Shown here: positions 27,575-40,194 of the stretch, one piece after another | How positions within the stretch are numbered: position 1 is the stretch's first letter | How the letters are laid out: each line of letters starts with the position of its first letter | DNA from: Microthyrium microscopicum | Taxonomy: Eukaryota | Direction of reading: 5' to 3' | Length of the DNA stretch: 64,000 nt | Assembly: GCA_010405405.1 (NCBI GenBank) | Contig: MU004230.1 | Span: forward strand, 2,452,627 to 2,516,626 | Program-made: the position numbers and the translations under genes | The notes under the pieces: generated by a model | Database searches by the model: none | What the model was told of the DNA's origin: nothing | Seen by the model: only the letters and a program-made list of their open reading frames with translations

Positions 27575-30500
27575 TAACTTCCCCCCTCTAAAATAGACCT
27601 TATAGGCTATATCCTAATCTAATCTATTCTAGTCTAGTCTAAGCTAATCTAGGCTAGGCTAGGCTAGTCTATATAAATATAAAACTTCTTTATATATATT
27701 ACTATTAAGGAATATAGTAATATACTATCTACTTACCTTAGTACTATCTAAATTTATTTAATAAAGAAGAGGATATCTATTTGAGCTAGTTTATAGTATT
27801 CTATAATTCCTTTAGTAGCGTAAATTAAAAACTAAACTAGGGGTATAATGCTTTAGTAAAAATAAATAAATATAACGCTTTTTTATACTATATAATCCTA
27901 ATCCGTAAGTAGTCTATTAGTATTATAATTTTCTTCTTTAACTTTATTTATTAGTAGGGACTAAGAAGGGTATAGACTAGGCTTCTAAAGGTAAAGCCTA
28001 TAGAATTCTAATATAGTATTAAGTACGTTAATAGCATCTTTCTAGGGCTACTAAGTTTTATTATAAAATCTTATCTATTTAATTTTATATTTAAGCACCT
28101 TATTCTTACCTCTACTATCCTATTTGCTATTAATAATAGTATTAATAAGCTATTCCTCTTTACCTTCTTTTTTACTAATAACTGCTAGGAGTAGGTTTAA
28201 TTCCTATAATAGGTATACGTTATTATTAATTAGATATAGTAGCTAGGCATAGAATACTAGGTATATCTTTATTAATTTAGAAAGATCTAATTTATAGATT
28301 ACTCTATTAATTTTATGTAATACCTTAAAGAGACTAGCGCTTTTACTATTAAGTATTTTTAAAGGGTAAGTTATATTATAATTTTAAATATTAAGACGTA
28401 CTTAGTCTCTAAGATAGAGATCTAGTACTAGATATTAATACTTATTAGTATAAAGCTTTTATTAAGCCTAAGCCTATACTAATTACTTCTTTAAGAACTT
28501 ATAAAGCTTTTCTTAACTATTCTATACTTAATTAGTAGTAATGACTTCTTTATAAGCTATAATAGAAGCGTATAATGCTTTAGGTAGTAAATAGTAAGTA
28601 GACTTAAGTCCTAATTTTAGTAGAAAACTATTTTGTGCCTTAAAAGGTATAAAACTAGTAGTAGTACTTATGGCAAAATTTATTATAAATTTAGTAAATA
28701 GTAATAGGGCTATCTAATTATCTTAATCCTAATTAATAAAGGATCTAAGATACTATTTTAAGGTAGTAATAGTTATTTTAGTAATGCTATTAGACTTTAA
28801 ATACTATGTAGTACTTAATCTTAATATAACGCCTATATATTTATATAGGCGATTCTAAAAGGTAGATATAAATTAAGTTCCTTAATCTAAAAGGATAAAG
28901 TTAGGCTAACTATATAGCTTTTATACTTAATTAATAAATGCTATAACTATTATTTCTACTAAAAGACTTAAGAGGGTAATAAACTATTATAATTGCGTTA
29001 AATAATTAATAATAACTATAATATACTAATAAACTATACCCTAGTAAGTATAGCGTAGTAGTAAGATAGTAAAGTCTATAAAGATATTAGATTAAGCCTA
29101 ATCTAGTAGAGGAAATAAGTAAAAGAGCCCTTACTTCTTTTAGCGTACTAGTTTTAAAAAGATATAGTAATAACCTTTAATATATTTCTTAATATATTCT
29201 AATATTCTTAGCTACTAATAATCTTATTAAAGGTAGTAGTATATTATTATAGTTCCTTTATAGCTTATAACTTTATGTTAATATGCCTATTTTATTACTT
29301 TATTTTGTAAATATATTATTAGTATAAATAACTTTTATTAATAGAGGATAGTACTATTTAGTAGAGCCTTATAATCTATTAATTTAATTTAATCTTAATT
29401 TAGTACTTTAAAGGATAAGAAGTAGTCTTTCTATACCTTTACTAGTTAAATCGTAATTAGTAACTTATCTTTCTTACTTACCTTTATTACTTCCTATATA
29501 AACTACTCTAGGTTGAAATCTAGGGATTTAGTATTAACTAGTAGCAAATTATCTAAACTAGCTAGAGCTCTATTCTAAGAGCTCCCTATAATAGATTCTA
29601 AATTAGACTTCTCTACTATAATAATATTTAGCTTATCTAACGTAAGCGTAGCTATCTATATAAAAGATAAGGTAATTAGGTTAATAAGGATTATAGCTAG
29701 CTTAATAGCTTATTTAGTACTAAATTAATATAGAAATAGAAGTAGTTAATATTATTACTTAACCTATAGGTCTTTATTACTCTAGAGTACGTCTTATAAT
29801 CTTTAGGTTAAAGTATTAGCTTTGTTATTATCTCTACTAGAGCGATATTTAATTAAAAAGTAGAATTATAATAAGAATTTAGCCTAGCGTATTTAATAGT
29901 ATATAAGCTTCTTAGTCTTTATAAAGGTTTAAAGGTTCTAATAATCTAAGAATACCTTTATAATATCTTTAGTACTAAACAATTTAGGCTCCTATTTCTT
30001 AAAAGCGTAGATAATAGTAAGTAATTCTTTATTATAAATATTATAATTATATTCTACTAGTAATATCTTTTTAGAGAGGAAGGTAACTAGTCTTAGATTG
30101 CTATTTGTATCTTTTTATAATAATATAGCGGCGTAAGCCTAATTTAATATATCTATCTCTATCTAAGTTTCCTTAGTATAATTAAAGTATTACAAAATTA
30201 GTATACTAGTAAAGTCTACTTTTAGCTTCTTAAAAGCTTACTCCTTAGGCCTATTAAGGTCTTAGGGGAATATAGCTAGAGTATTCTTTTAAGTAAGATT
30301 TATTAATAATACTACTATAGTAGAGTAATTAAAAATAAATTGTTAGTAGAAGTTAGCAAATCTAAGGAACGCCTATATATCTTTAAGATAACTTAGTCGT
30401 TCCTAGTTAACTATAGCGTTAACCTTTAAGGGGTCTATCTTAATACCTTCTATAGTAATAATTAGACTAAAGTATTTTACTTCTTAAATAGTAAACTCTA

Positions 30501-33500
30501 ACTTCTTAATATTAAGGAATAAGCTTATACGTTCTAATGCGTCTAGTACTAAGTATATATAGGCATTATATTCTTCTAGTATTTTACTAAATATTAGAAT
30601 ATTATCTAAGTAAATAGTTGCGAAATCGTCTAAAAACTATATTAATATATAATTAATATATACTTAGAATATCTCTAGTCCCCCTATAAGGCTAAAGGGT
30701 AGTACCTTAAATTTAAATAGGTCGTAGCGTATTAAGAATGCTATTTTGTGCTTATTACTAAGTTTAATATAGATATATTTAAAAGTAGTAATAACGTTAA
30801 ACTTAGAGTAGTATTTAGCCTTTATAAGGCGTATAAGTATCTTACTAATAAGTAGTAGGACGTTGCTATTCTTAATAATAATATTGTTTAATTTGTAATA
30901 ATTGATATAGATATAAATACTTCCTTTTAGTTTGCTTACGTAGAATATAGATATAGCATACTAAGATTTTAAACCTATAGTAAAACCTTACTAGAGTAAA
31001 CTCTTAATATACTACTTAATAACTAGTGCTTACTTTAGTAATATTAATATAGGTTAGCGTTTTAGAATTTTAGCATTAGGAATAAGGTTAATAGCGTAGT
31101 TATATTTACTATAGTATAGTACTAGGATATCTAAACGTTTTAGATTAAAGACTTTAAAATATTAGTAGAAGCGCTCTAGAATAAGTTTTAAAATCTCTTT
31201 CTTTAATAGATAAGAGTAATCTTATTTATCTTACTATTTAAGATAATCTTCTTCTAATATAGCGTATGCTATAAGATTTATAATGAACTCGTCGTTGTTA
31301 TCCTTATCGTTAAAAGGTTTCTTCTCTTTCTTATTGTTAAAATCTTTAAGCTAGAATACGTTAACTATAGCGTCTTTGCGCTTTATTAGTTTTTTAAACG
31401 CCACTATGAATATAAAAGCAATGTCTAATTCCTTAGGTAATTCTAAGTTTATAGATTATCTTTTTAGGTCTATAGTAATTAGGCGTCATAATATAATATA
31501 ATTTATAATATATCTTATGCTATAGAAGGTTAATATTCTTAATTCTTTATATAGGTTAACTTTATATTAATCTAGCTAGAATGCTCCTAGGATTAGATTG
31601 TAAGAGGTTACTTTTATAACGAAATAGTTAATTTGCTTAACGTAGTATCTAATACGTAGGTTAAGGATAGTAGCTTTATTAATAATAGATACTAACTTGT
31701 TATTAGTAAGTATTACTAAGCGTAGATAGGCTAATTAAAACGTTAAAATACTATATTACTAAAAATAATAAGGGTTAATGATTCCTATTGTACTACTACT
31801 AGTATTAATTAAAATGCTAGCATTAGAGTAAGTTAAATATTATAATATAAATACTAAGCTAATAGTAGTCTATTATAATCTAATAATAGGATCTTTCTTT
31901 TTAATATCCTAAGGCTATACTACTAGTATAATAGAGGCTAGTAAGATATAAATAGTATATAAGTATACTAGGAAGATATATTCTTTATAAATAGCATCTT
32001 TATACTTAAAGTGCTAAATATACTAATAAAGGTAACTAAGTATCTTCTTAGTCTTCTCTTAAGCTTTTTCTTTAATATTCTTATAGTCTTCTTCTATCTA
32101 ATAAAATATCTTCTTAGCTTTCTTAGTGTTTTAGCGCTATTCCTTATTATATTAATAGAATATTTCCTTTACGTGTTTAGTTATAGCGTTAAAGGTGCAT
32201 TTCTTTCTTTTATTATATGCTTTAGTCTTATTTAGCTCTTCTTTATAGCTTAGTGAAAGAGCGTCTAGTTTAAAGACTAATAGTTATTATCCTTAGTAGT
32301 ATCCTCTATAGAGGGTTACTATTCTTTTTAAACCTTTATAAATATTGCTACTAAGGGTATAACTAAGGCTTTAATCTTATTATTAGATAAGGGTTTCTAA
32401 TCTTTATATAACATGGTTTTATTAAAGTAGTAGTAATCCTTTTATTTATAATAGACGTAACGTTTATCTATTTTTAAGGCGTTAAAGACGTCTATAGAAT
32501 AATTAACGTTACTATTTTTATTATTTTAAGCCCCTTTATTAGTAGACTAATTATTATTATAGCTATAAGAGTTATTATTTATAGTAATAAGCTTATAATT
32601 AATTTAGTATATAACTAGGTAAAGTTAAGTACAAAATATAGTAAAACTACTAAAATGCTAGCCTACTAGTAAATTTATAAACTTATAATTAATAAGATCT
32701 TATAGTTTAATAATCTTCTCCTACTTAAATAGTTCTATATCTACTAAATTTGTTAAGAAGTAGCTAATAAAGGCTTAAAGACTTTCTATATCTTTTATCT
32801 TAGTATCTAAGGACTTTAACTATACCTTAGTATCTTTAAAAGCGTTCTTAGAGTAATAATATCTATCTAGGTCTACCTATATCTCTTCTATAGTATAATA
32901 AAGGTCCTTTAACTTATAACCTCTACATATAATTATAATGCCATAGATAGGGCTAGTATAATAGATATAAATAAACTTAATCTTCTTCTTCTTAGTAAAG
33001 ACGTAAAGGTATATATTTTTATTAAGAAGTATATCTAATATCTTTTTTTTCTACTATTTATAGTACGTAGGTTTACCTTTAAAATTACTAAGTTCTTTAA
33101 ACTTTATAAGTATTACTAGAGAGCTACTATTAGCTACTAATAATAGTAAGATATAATATATTCTCTAGGCTTAGAGCTATAGATATAAAACTACTAAATA
33201 TATTACTTATAGTATAGAGCAACCTAATAAAAGGTTATCCTCTAGATCCTCTAAATTAATATAAGCTTAATTTAAATTTATCTAAAGTTTATCCTTAAGC
33301 TCTTAGATTTAGTAGCGAAGGTTAATAACTAACTTATAATACTATAAATTAGTATTACGTTTCTTTACTAGTTTAATAAGAGCTACCTATTTATTTAAAT
33401 AAGCAGTAGTTAGTGCTACTTTATAATTATGGTAGACTTAGCTAGTTAGTACTTTAAGATTTATTATTATTTACTAATAAGTAGCTGCCTCTTCTTATAG

Positions 33501-34835
33501 TATATTTACTATTTTACTTAATTGACTTACTTCTATATTAGCATTTATAAGTTCTTCTACTAACTAGTCTTAAAGCTTTTAAGTAGACTAATACTGTAAG
33601 GCTATAGTTTAATTAATTGCCAACGCTATATGTAGTTATTTAAAGAATTAATCTTCTTCTATAAATTTAATGTATTAATTTAAATGCTTACTATTAGATA
33701 TTAATGCGTAATATTTCTAAAGAGTAGTAGAATTATTAGGGTTCTCCTAGAAGACTACTAGTATTTATTTCTCTACCTCTAGTCCTACTCTATGTAGAGC
33801 CTATATAAATAAAGGCTTTATACTAGTAAGTAATGCGACTTTACTATTAAGGTCTACTAGTTCTAAGGGCAAGTAAGGTAAGAATAATATAGGAACGTTA
33901 TAAGGTTCTTTTTTATATGCTAGTAATTCTAACTAATAGTAGATATTAATAAGCAATCTTGCTTCTAACGCGCCTTTATCTAGACTACTAATAATAGCAC
34001 TAGAGGTTACTACCTCTTTGCCTTTTAATCCTAGCTCTTTTATTATGCTTACTAGCGTAATAGGTGCTAAGGTTAATAGTCTAGTAATAATCTTATAAGG
34101 TTGTTAAATATTAATACTAACTTAAGTATTTTAACAAAGGAATTCCTTATCTTTATTATCTAAAGCTACTTTAGGTAATAAAGGTAACTTTTTAATAGAT
34201 TTAACTATTAGGATACTTTCTTGCTATAGCATTAACATAATAGTAGACTATTAATTAGTTTCTATATCTAGAATGACTAGCTTCTTAGCGAAACGGCTAT
34301 CTCTACTATAGTAGAGTAAAACTAAATAGCTTTAAATACTAACGCTACTACGCTTATAGGCAATATAAGAGTCGCTTAATACTAGTTTAAGACTAGGATA
34401 AGTAGCGCCTTACTTATAGTAATATATAGCTAAAATAATATAGTATTTCTTAATAAATTGGAACTAATTTAATAGAATAATAAATATAGATTTAATAAGG
34501 AATAAGATAAGAGTATTTATAGTTAGTAGAGAAGAAATAATGTAAACGCCTCTATAGATCCAAGAAGAATACTACAAAGCAAAGCTTAGGCCTCTAAGTA
34601 GTCTTTATTCTAGCAAATAATGCTAAATTTGCATTACTCTAGTTAGTATTTATAAATTTACTAGCACCTTTAGTAACGCTAATCCTAATTAAGGGTAGTA
34701 TTACTAAATACTAATTAGTTAGATCTATAACATAACTACGATTAAGATAGGAATTAATAAACGCCTCTACGTATTTATTAACGATGCATAAATTTATATA
34801 TAGAGCATAAATTTGGTATAGAGGTACTTAGATTA

Positions 34836-35058
34836 TATAAGGAGCTAACAAGCATAATTAGGCAAGCAGAAAGTAGCTAGTATTGTAGGATCTAAGTACG
34901 GAGAGAAGAGATCTAGGGATATAGCTACAGATACAAAGATATAGGGCCCAGGGGATCCTCGGACACACTAACCCTAAACGGGATAAAGAGATCTCATCTG
35001 CAGGATTAGATCTCGGCATCCAAACACCACAACACCAAACCTGTGAGGATTCCTCACA
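34836..35058 (-). repeat. 5' LTR of retrotransposon 1
   Basis: 223-bp direct repeat of 27352-27574, followed by TSD GACCT. Confidence 0.93.
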
Positions 35059-36149
35059 GACCTAATGCATATTTTTAACTAGATATTTAATAAAAAATAT
35101 AAATACTTTATTTTTAGCTATGTAGCAGTATATTTTAGAGTATCTACGTTTCTCTTAGTATTTTAGCGGTTTGAACGATTAGTGGTTCGAACGGTGGGCA
35201 TCCCCTAGCGGGGATGTTCAGGACTCTGGGCATGGGTAACTGCCCAGGTGTATAACCATACTAGCCAAGAGCGGAGTGGAAGGAGCGGAGCTGATGGTCT
35301 AGACTTTATTGCTTGGCATGACGGCTAGACCTTCCGAAATTAAGTGCCCAGACTATAACCCCGCGTTGGAAGGCAAGAGCTATCACGAAGCAGGAAAAGA
35401 CTGTCTCTTAGTCAACTTCATCTCCACTCTACCCTGTTGCCTTTGCTTCCCTTCCCAGTGCTCCATCTCCAACCTCTCCATTCTTGTTCTCTCTGTCCGC
35501 CTTACTGCTAGCTAGCTTGAGCCAGCCTAAACCTTGTTGCAAGCTACTACCGTTGATTAAATCTCGTGCCAAGCATCTCGGCGTTGTCTTTTATCTGCTG
35601 CTTCTCAGTACCATCGGAACCTTCATACAACTCTTATCTAGATCTGTACCAGCCTCATGTTGCGCATACTGAAAGTCTGGACTATCGTCTTTGTAGATGT
35701 CAGTTTTTCCTGTTGAACCATGATCGATTCTTGGTCCATATCTTGAATAGCTACATAATACTAATAACTCACCAGGAGGGCTAACATTTGTCTGGTCCAC
35801 AGCTGCTGTTACTACAGTGCGGAACAAGTACTTCCTTCACCATCTCTTTAGTGAATGTAGCAGCTAACACTATTTCTTTAGATCTCAGCTTCCTATTAAA
35901 GACATAACAACTCCACCACCTTTCCACCATCCGCAATCGCGTTCCACTCTCAGCCTGTCGCCTTCTTGGTTTCGCCTTCCGCAATATTGCGTACTACCTC
36001 AACAATACCCAATCCATATGGATCTGTTTGTCTACACCTAAGAAAGACAATACCTGCATCCAATCCTTTAGCGCCCTATATCGATAACTTTTATTCCTCA
36101 ATCTTTCATTTTTGTCGCCGATCTTCGCAACCCATATTCTAATCTCATC

Positions 36150-38457
36150 ATGTCTCTCGAAGCCGCCCTCGACGAAGAGCGTCGCGATGTGCTTGCCCTG
36201 CTCGAAGGCCGCACTCCGCGTTCCAGTGGGGGACCTAGAGCTCGCGCGGCTAGTCCAGGAGGAGTGACTCAATCTCCTGTACGCAGCATGCTGGATATTG
36301 TTGATGCGCCGAAGCCCAATGTTGGACGACACGCTTCTATTGCAGGACAAGGCGTTGGTATCACCGCACTACAACCCAACGGAGGCATGTCGCAAGGGTA
36401 TCGCAGCATGCTAGGCCCGGGCTCTCCACCTTCGGGCTCTACCTCTCCACCACCTCTTAATCCTGTCCGCTCTCATTCCCCTGCTATCAATCAACCTCGA
36501 GTCAATCTGGAGAAGGAATATAATTTTGAAATTCTGCCAACCAATGAACATGGATCTCTTCCAAAGCGAGTTGGCCAAGGTGGAAAGAAGAGCAATCAAG
36601 GGATATTTGGATCCTACGACAACACTCGATCAGAAGCTGTCAAAAATCTTATGGGAAAGTCTGCCAATAAATCGAAATCTCCTGTTCCAAATATCTTTGG
36701 CCGTACTGCATCTCCTGCCACGAAAGCCAAAAAACTCAACAGCAACTCTTCCGGGCTAATGGCTGGACCAAATGCGTTCATTAGTGAGAACGGTCAACTA
36801 ATTGACATGGCCAGTGCATACAGACGCCTATCGGATGCAGCCTTGCTTCGATCTGGCGGCTCTCTTTCAAGCCTGCCGATTCGTAAAGGGTCAGACCCGA
36901 CACGTGGAGAGGCCTTGGCACCTGACGGAGGAGTCCGCTTAACGGAGGACTACCCGGGAGACGAAGATGCTGTGGAAAGTAGTGACGATTCATCGCATAC
37001 TTCAGATGAAGAATGGGGTCGAAAACGGCGCGGAAGAGGCCGTCGTCGAACCGGAGAGGAGAGGGATCTTGAGGATATCAGTACAGATGGAAGAAGGCCA
37101 AAAAGTCTACTTGGTGCGGCTGAAGAAGAAAGTAAGTTGGTTCTGATTTTGAAGCTGTGAAGAGACTCACCTTACGTTCTAGGGAAAAACTTGGTTGCCA
37201 ATAGGCGTATCACTTCGCTTCTGGACCCAATGGTACCGAATGTCGATGCAGTGGACGGTAAGCCAGCCGGATCTAAAAGAAGCGGTATCCATCCTCGTAC
37301 TTCGTATGACACAGGAACGCCTAGTTTCCAAACACCACACGGCAGCGATGACGAGGAAGAGCTTGACAACATCAAGCGTGCGCAAAGCCTATCAATGAAC
37401 GTGTCACCAATCAACAGCGACGCCGCAAACCATCGTTGCATTCGACAAATCGTGCGTGGAAACTATCTCGAGATGGCTCAAGAGGCTGCTCAAGGTCTTC
37501 GCCGGCAGCGAATGTACTTGGTTGCAACCGATATGAGCGAAGAAGCGGCTTATGCATTAGAGTGGACCATCGGAACGGTTCTAAAAGACGGTGATACCCT
37601 CTTCGCCATCTATGCTGCAGATGCGGCTGAAGTTGGTGAAGCTGACCTTTCACAAACCAAATCAGGCGGAGGAGAGTCTGGTGCTGTTGACATTGGCCAA
37701 GGAGCAGCGGCCATGAAAGATACTGCTGGATTGGTTAGAATCCTGAGTAACACTGAGGATTTTGTGACCTTACCGAACGACGCCTCTCGGGGCCATCATA
37801 CCAAACCGCTCAACGCATCATCTGGCGACCTCGCTCCACGCTCTGACAGTCCCTCTGCGCGGTCCATGTCCCGTGCTCCAATGACTGTACAAAAGCTGCG
37901 CCGTGCCGACTTCTCTGGTATGAAAAAGGCAGAGACGGATCGATGGAAGGCTACAGAGAGAATCACCGAGCGATGCATTGCGCTTCTGCGCCAAACCAAG
38001 CTGCAAGTTCGCGTTGTTATTGATTGCTTCCATTGCAAGAGTCCCAGACACATGATCACCGAGGTGGTAAGTACATTTTCATTCTTCTTGCTACATGATT
38101 ATATGCTGGGATTTTATTTCATCACGTGTCTGTCTAAAAATCTCAGGGGTCACTCCTGAGCCTTGCATATTGGGTCAAATCTCAAACTAACCGAACCATC
38201 AGATCGATTATCTTGAACCGACACTAGTCATCTTGGGCTCTCGTGGACGTTCTGCAATCAAAGGTGTACTCCTCGGATCTTTCAGCAACTACCTCGTCAC
38301 CAAGTCATCGGTTCCTGTCATGGTCGCTCGGAAAAAGCTGCGCAAGCAGTCTAAGAACCTACGCAGACCTAATATCCGATTTAGCAATGTCTTGCATTCA
38401 TCTGGCTCGTCCGCTGGGCTTGCAGCCGCCAAGATTGATAAAATGATTACCCATTGA
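36150..38457 (+). CDS. Universal stress protein (USP) domain protein with long low-complexity N-terminus
   Basis: Exons 36150-37131, 37183-38066 and 38203-38457. USP motifs YLVATDMSEEAAYALEWTIGTVL..GD and VILGSRGRSAIKGVLLGSFSNYLVTKSSVPVMV. Confidence 0.92.
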
Positions 38458-39354
38458 TGAAGCCCAAGAGTGTATGCAGAACCTAGGGAGGGATATGAAT
38501 GATTAATTTAGACTAATAGCTCACGAAGTCAAGTTGAGATGAAAAATAACAAAACTTGCACTTCGCTAGCTAACTCGTGTGAAGACCAAATATCGATTAT
38601 CGTTGTGGTGTGTGTGTAGTCAACGCCCTGGGACTCGTCAAGTTTATCATCGTTGCCTTGACTAAGACCTGTCTATTTTAACCTTAGTAGCTATGATACT
38701 CTAGTGCTTTGACATCCAAATCCGTTATCTTCTGCGCAGTCAGAGATTGCTTGTACAAATAGCACGGTCACGACGTAGGTGGGAAGACGAAAGTACGGTT
38801 GTTCATGCTGCGCTCGCCCACTAAATGAATTTAGTGCCTTTCGAACCACGCACCCAGGCAGCAGAGCAAGCGCAGAGAGCGGAGAAAAAGAGATGAAAGA
38901 CTTGCGATAACATTTTGCGACGGTCACTGTTCTTGCTGCTACACGGCATACTCGTTAGATCCCATCAAAATCGTTGGTACCCGCTAAATCCCCTCGACCT
39001 ACCTGGCTCTCATCTGCCACGCGGCTCTGAGACCCATGGGTTTCGTGAACAGCCGGGCAAGCTATCGATCCAAATTTACCGGTGAAATCATGTCCTTATC
39101 AACGGGTACGATAGGTGCCATCGCCGCGGGCAGTGGCAGATGGGAGGGAGATCACGTATTCTCCAGTCACAGCGGATGGAAAGAACACCCATTGAAAGAA
39201 TTATTCTTCATTAATTAATGTACAAAAGCTGCCAACGATGGAAGAATTGGTTTTAAGGTACCAAGAACGCGTATAGTCATGAAAGAATGCCAGCCCAATG
39301 CCCCCTAGTTTTCCGTCGCTATGTATTGGTAAAACAAACAAAGTTGACTCCCAT

Positions 39355-40194
39355 TTATCCTCTGTAATTCGGATCCTGATCATCCTCCCCCTCGTTCACT
39401 TCGTCGATAGAGCGCTTCTTGGCATTCGGCGTTCTGGTCTCTTTGCGAAGCCGAAGTCGAACTCCTTGATCCGAGAAGGAGCGTGATAAGAACGTCGACG
39501 ATTCCAGTCCTGGGTAGCTCTTTGTGTTGGTGATGTTGATGATTCCTCCCGAGAGTGTGGTGAGGAATACGACATGAGGTTCTTGGCTTCGTAGGCCACG
39601 CAACTCAAAGAGATTGTATTGTAGTTTGAACTCGCCCATTTGGCACACGGAGATGTCTCCGAAGACGAAGAATCCACTCTCTTGCAGTGGTTCGCCGGCT
39701 TTGAGGCGATGAAGAGACGAGGTTAGTAGGCCAGTCATGGGTGCTTGCTGACCAGGTTGACGAATGGTATTGTATTGCAGGTCAGTAAGCTCGACAGTAA
39801 GGAAGTAATATGGACTTTGCATCCACGTGCTTTGGGGGTCAGCGTCGTTGAGGACCTTCATTTCAATGATTGGAGGCGGGTCCAAGGGTTTTCGCAGCTT
39901 TTCTTTGCCGTGGACGGCGACCACGCCATCTTTTGGCTCTTGACAGATTGAAAGGGAAATTGCTCCCGCGTGCGGTGACTGCCACTCTCTGTTTGGGTTG
40001 TACATGGATGCCATTTGAGGTGCTGGTTGCTGCACTTGGTATGACTGCTGCTGCTCCACTTGATATGACTGCTGCTGATGCTGTACTGGGAGATGCTGGT
40101 GCTGAACGGCGTATGGCTGTTGCTGGAGTTGATACTGGTGTTGCTGACTACCAGGGAACAAATGTCCGTTCTGCGACATGTGTGAGTGATCCAT
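39355..40194 (-). CDS. Velvet-domain transcription factor, VosA/VelD-like, 279 aa
   Basis: Velvet motifs GKEKLRKPLDPPPII, QSPYYF, SSLHRLK..GFFVFGDISV..GEFKL and PGLESSTFLSRSFSDQGVRLRLRKE; Gln-rich N-terminus; no intron needed. Orthology to vosA is not established. Confidence 0.88.
   Translation of the reverse strand: MDHSHMSQNGHLFPGSQQHQYQLQQQPYAVQHQHLPVQHQQQSYQVEQQQSYQVQQPAPQMASMYNPNREWQSPHAGAISLSICQEPKDGVVAVHGKEKLRKPLDPPPIIEMKVLNDADPQSTWMQSPYYFLTVELTDLQYNTIRQPGQQAPMTGLLTSSLHRLKAGEPLQESGFFVFGDISVCQMGEFKLQYNLFELRGLRSQEPHVVFLTTLSGGIINITNTKSYPGLESSTFLSRSFSDQGVRLRLRKETRTPNAKKRSIDEVNEGEDDQDPNYRG

Larger units (their letters stand above)
27352..35058 (-). mobile_element. Full-length Ty3/gypsy LTR retrotransposon 1 (7707 bp), RIP-inactivated, nested in transposon A
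   Basis: 5-bp TSD GACCT at 27347-51 and 35059-63; 223-bp LTRs; TG...CA termini. PPT (AGAGGGGGGAAG on the minus strand) lies next to the left LTR. Minus-strand RT relics YLDN [YLDD] at 30612-30601 and KIAFLIRYDLFKFKVLPF; RNase H relic NYNIYNKELL at ~30050; integrase lies downstream, giving gypsy domain order. Confidence 0.93.
25535..35236 (+). mobile_element. pogo/Fot1-like (Tc1/mariner superfamily) DNA transposon A, RIP-inactivated; 1990 bp without the nested retroelement
   Basis: TA flanks at 25533-34 and 35237-38. TIRs of about 80 bp whose first 38 nt are identical (CCCATGCCCAGAGTCC...). The interior is TpA-rich and CpA/TpG-depleted. Confidence 0.92.

Noticed and set aside
32011..32235. 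74-aa hydrophobic ORF that looks like a small membrane protein
   Set aside because: It lies antisense to the RIP-degraded gag-pol of retrotransposon 1, and its L/I/F/Y composition is what AT-enriched DNA produces.
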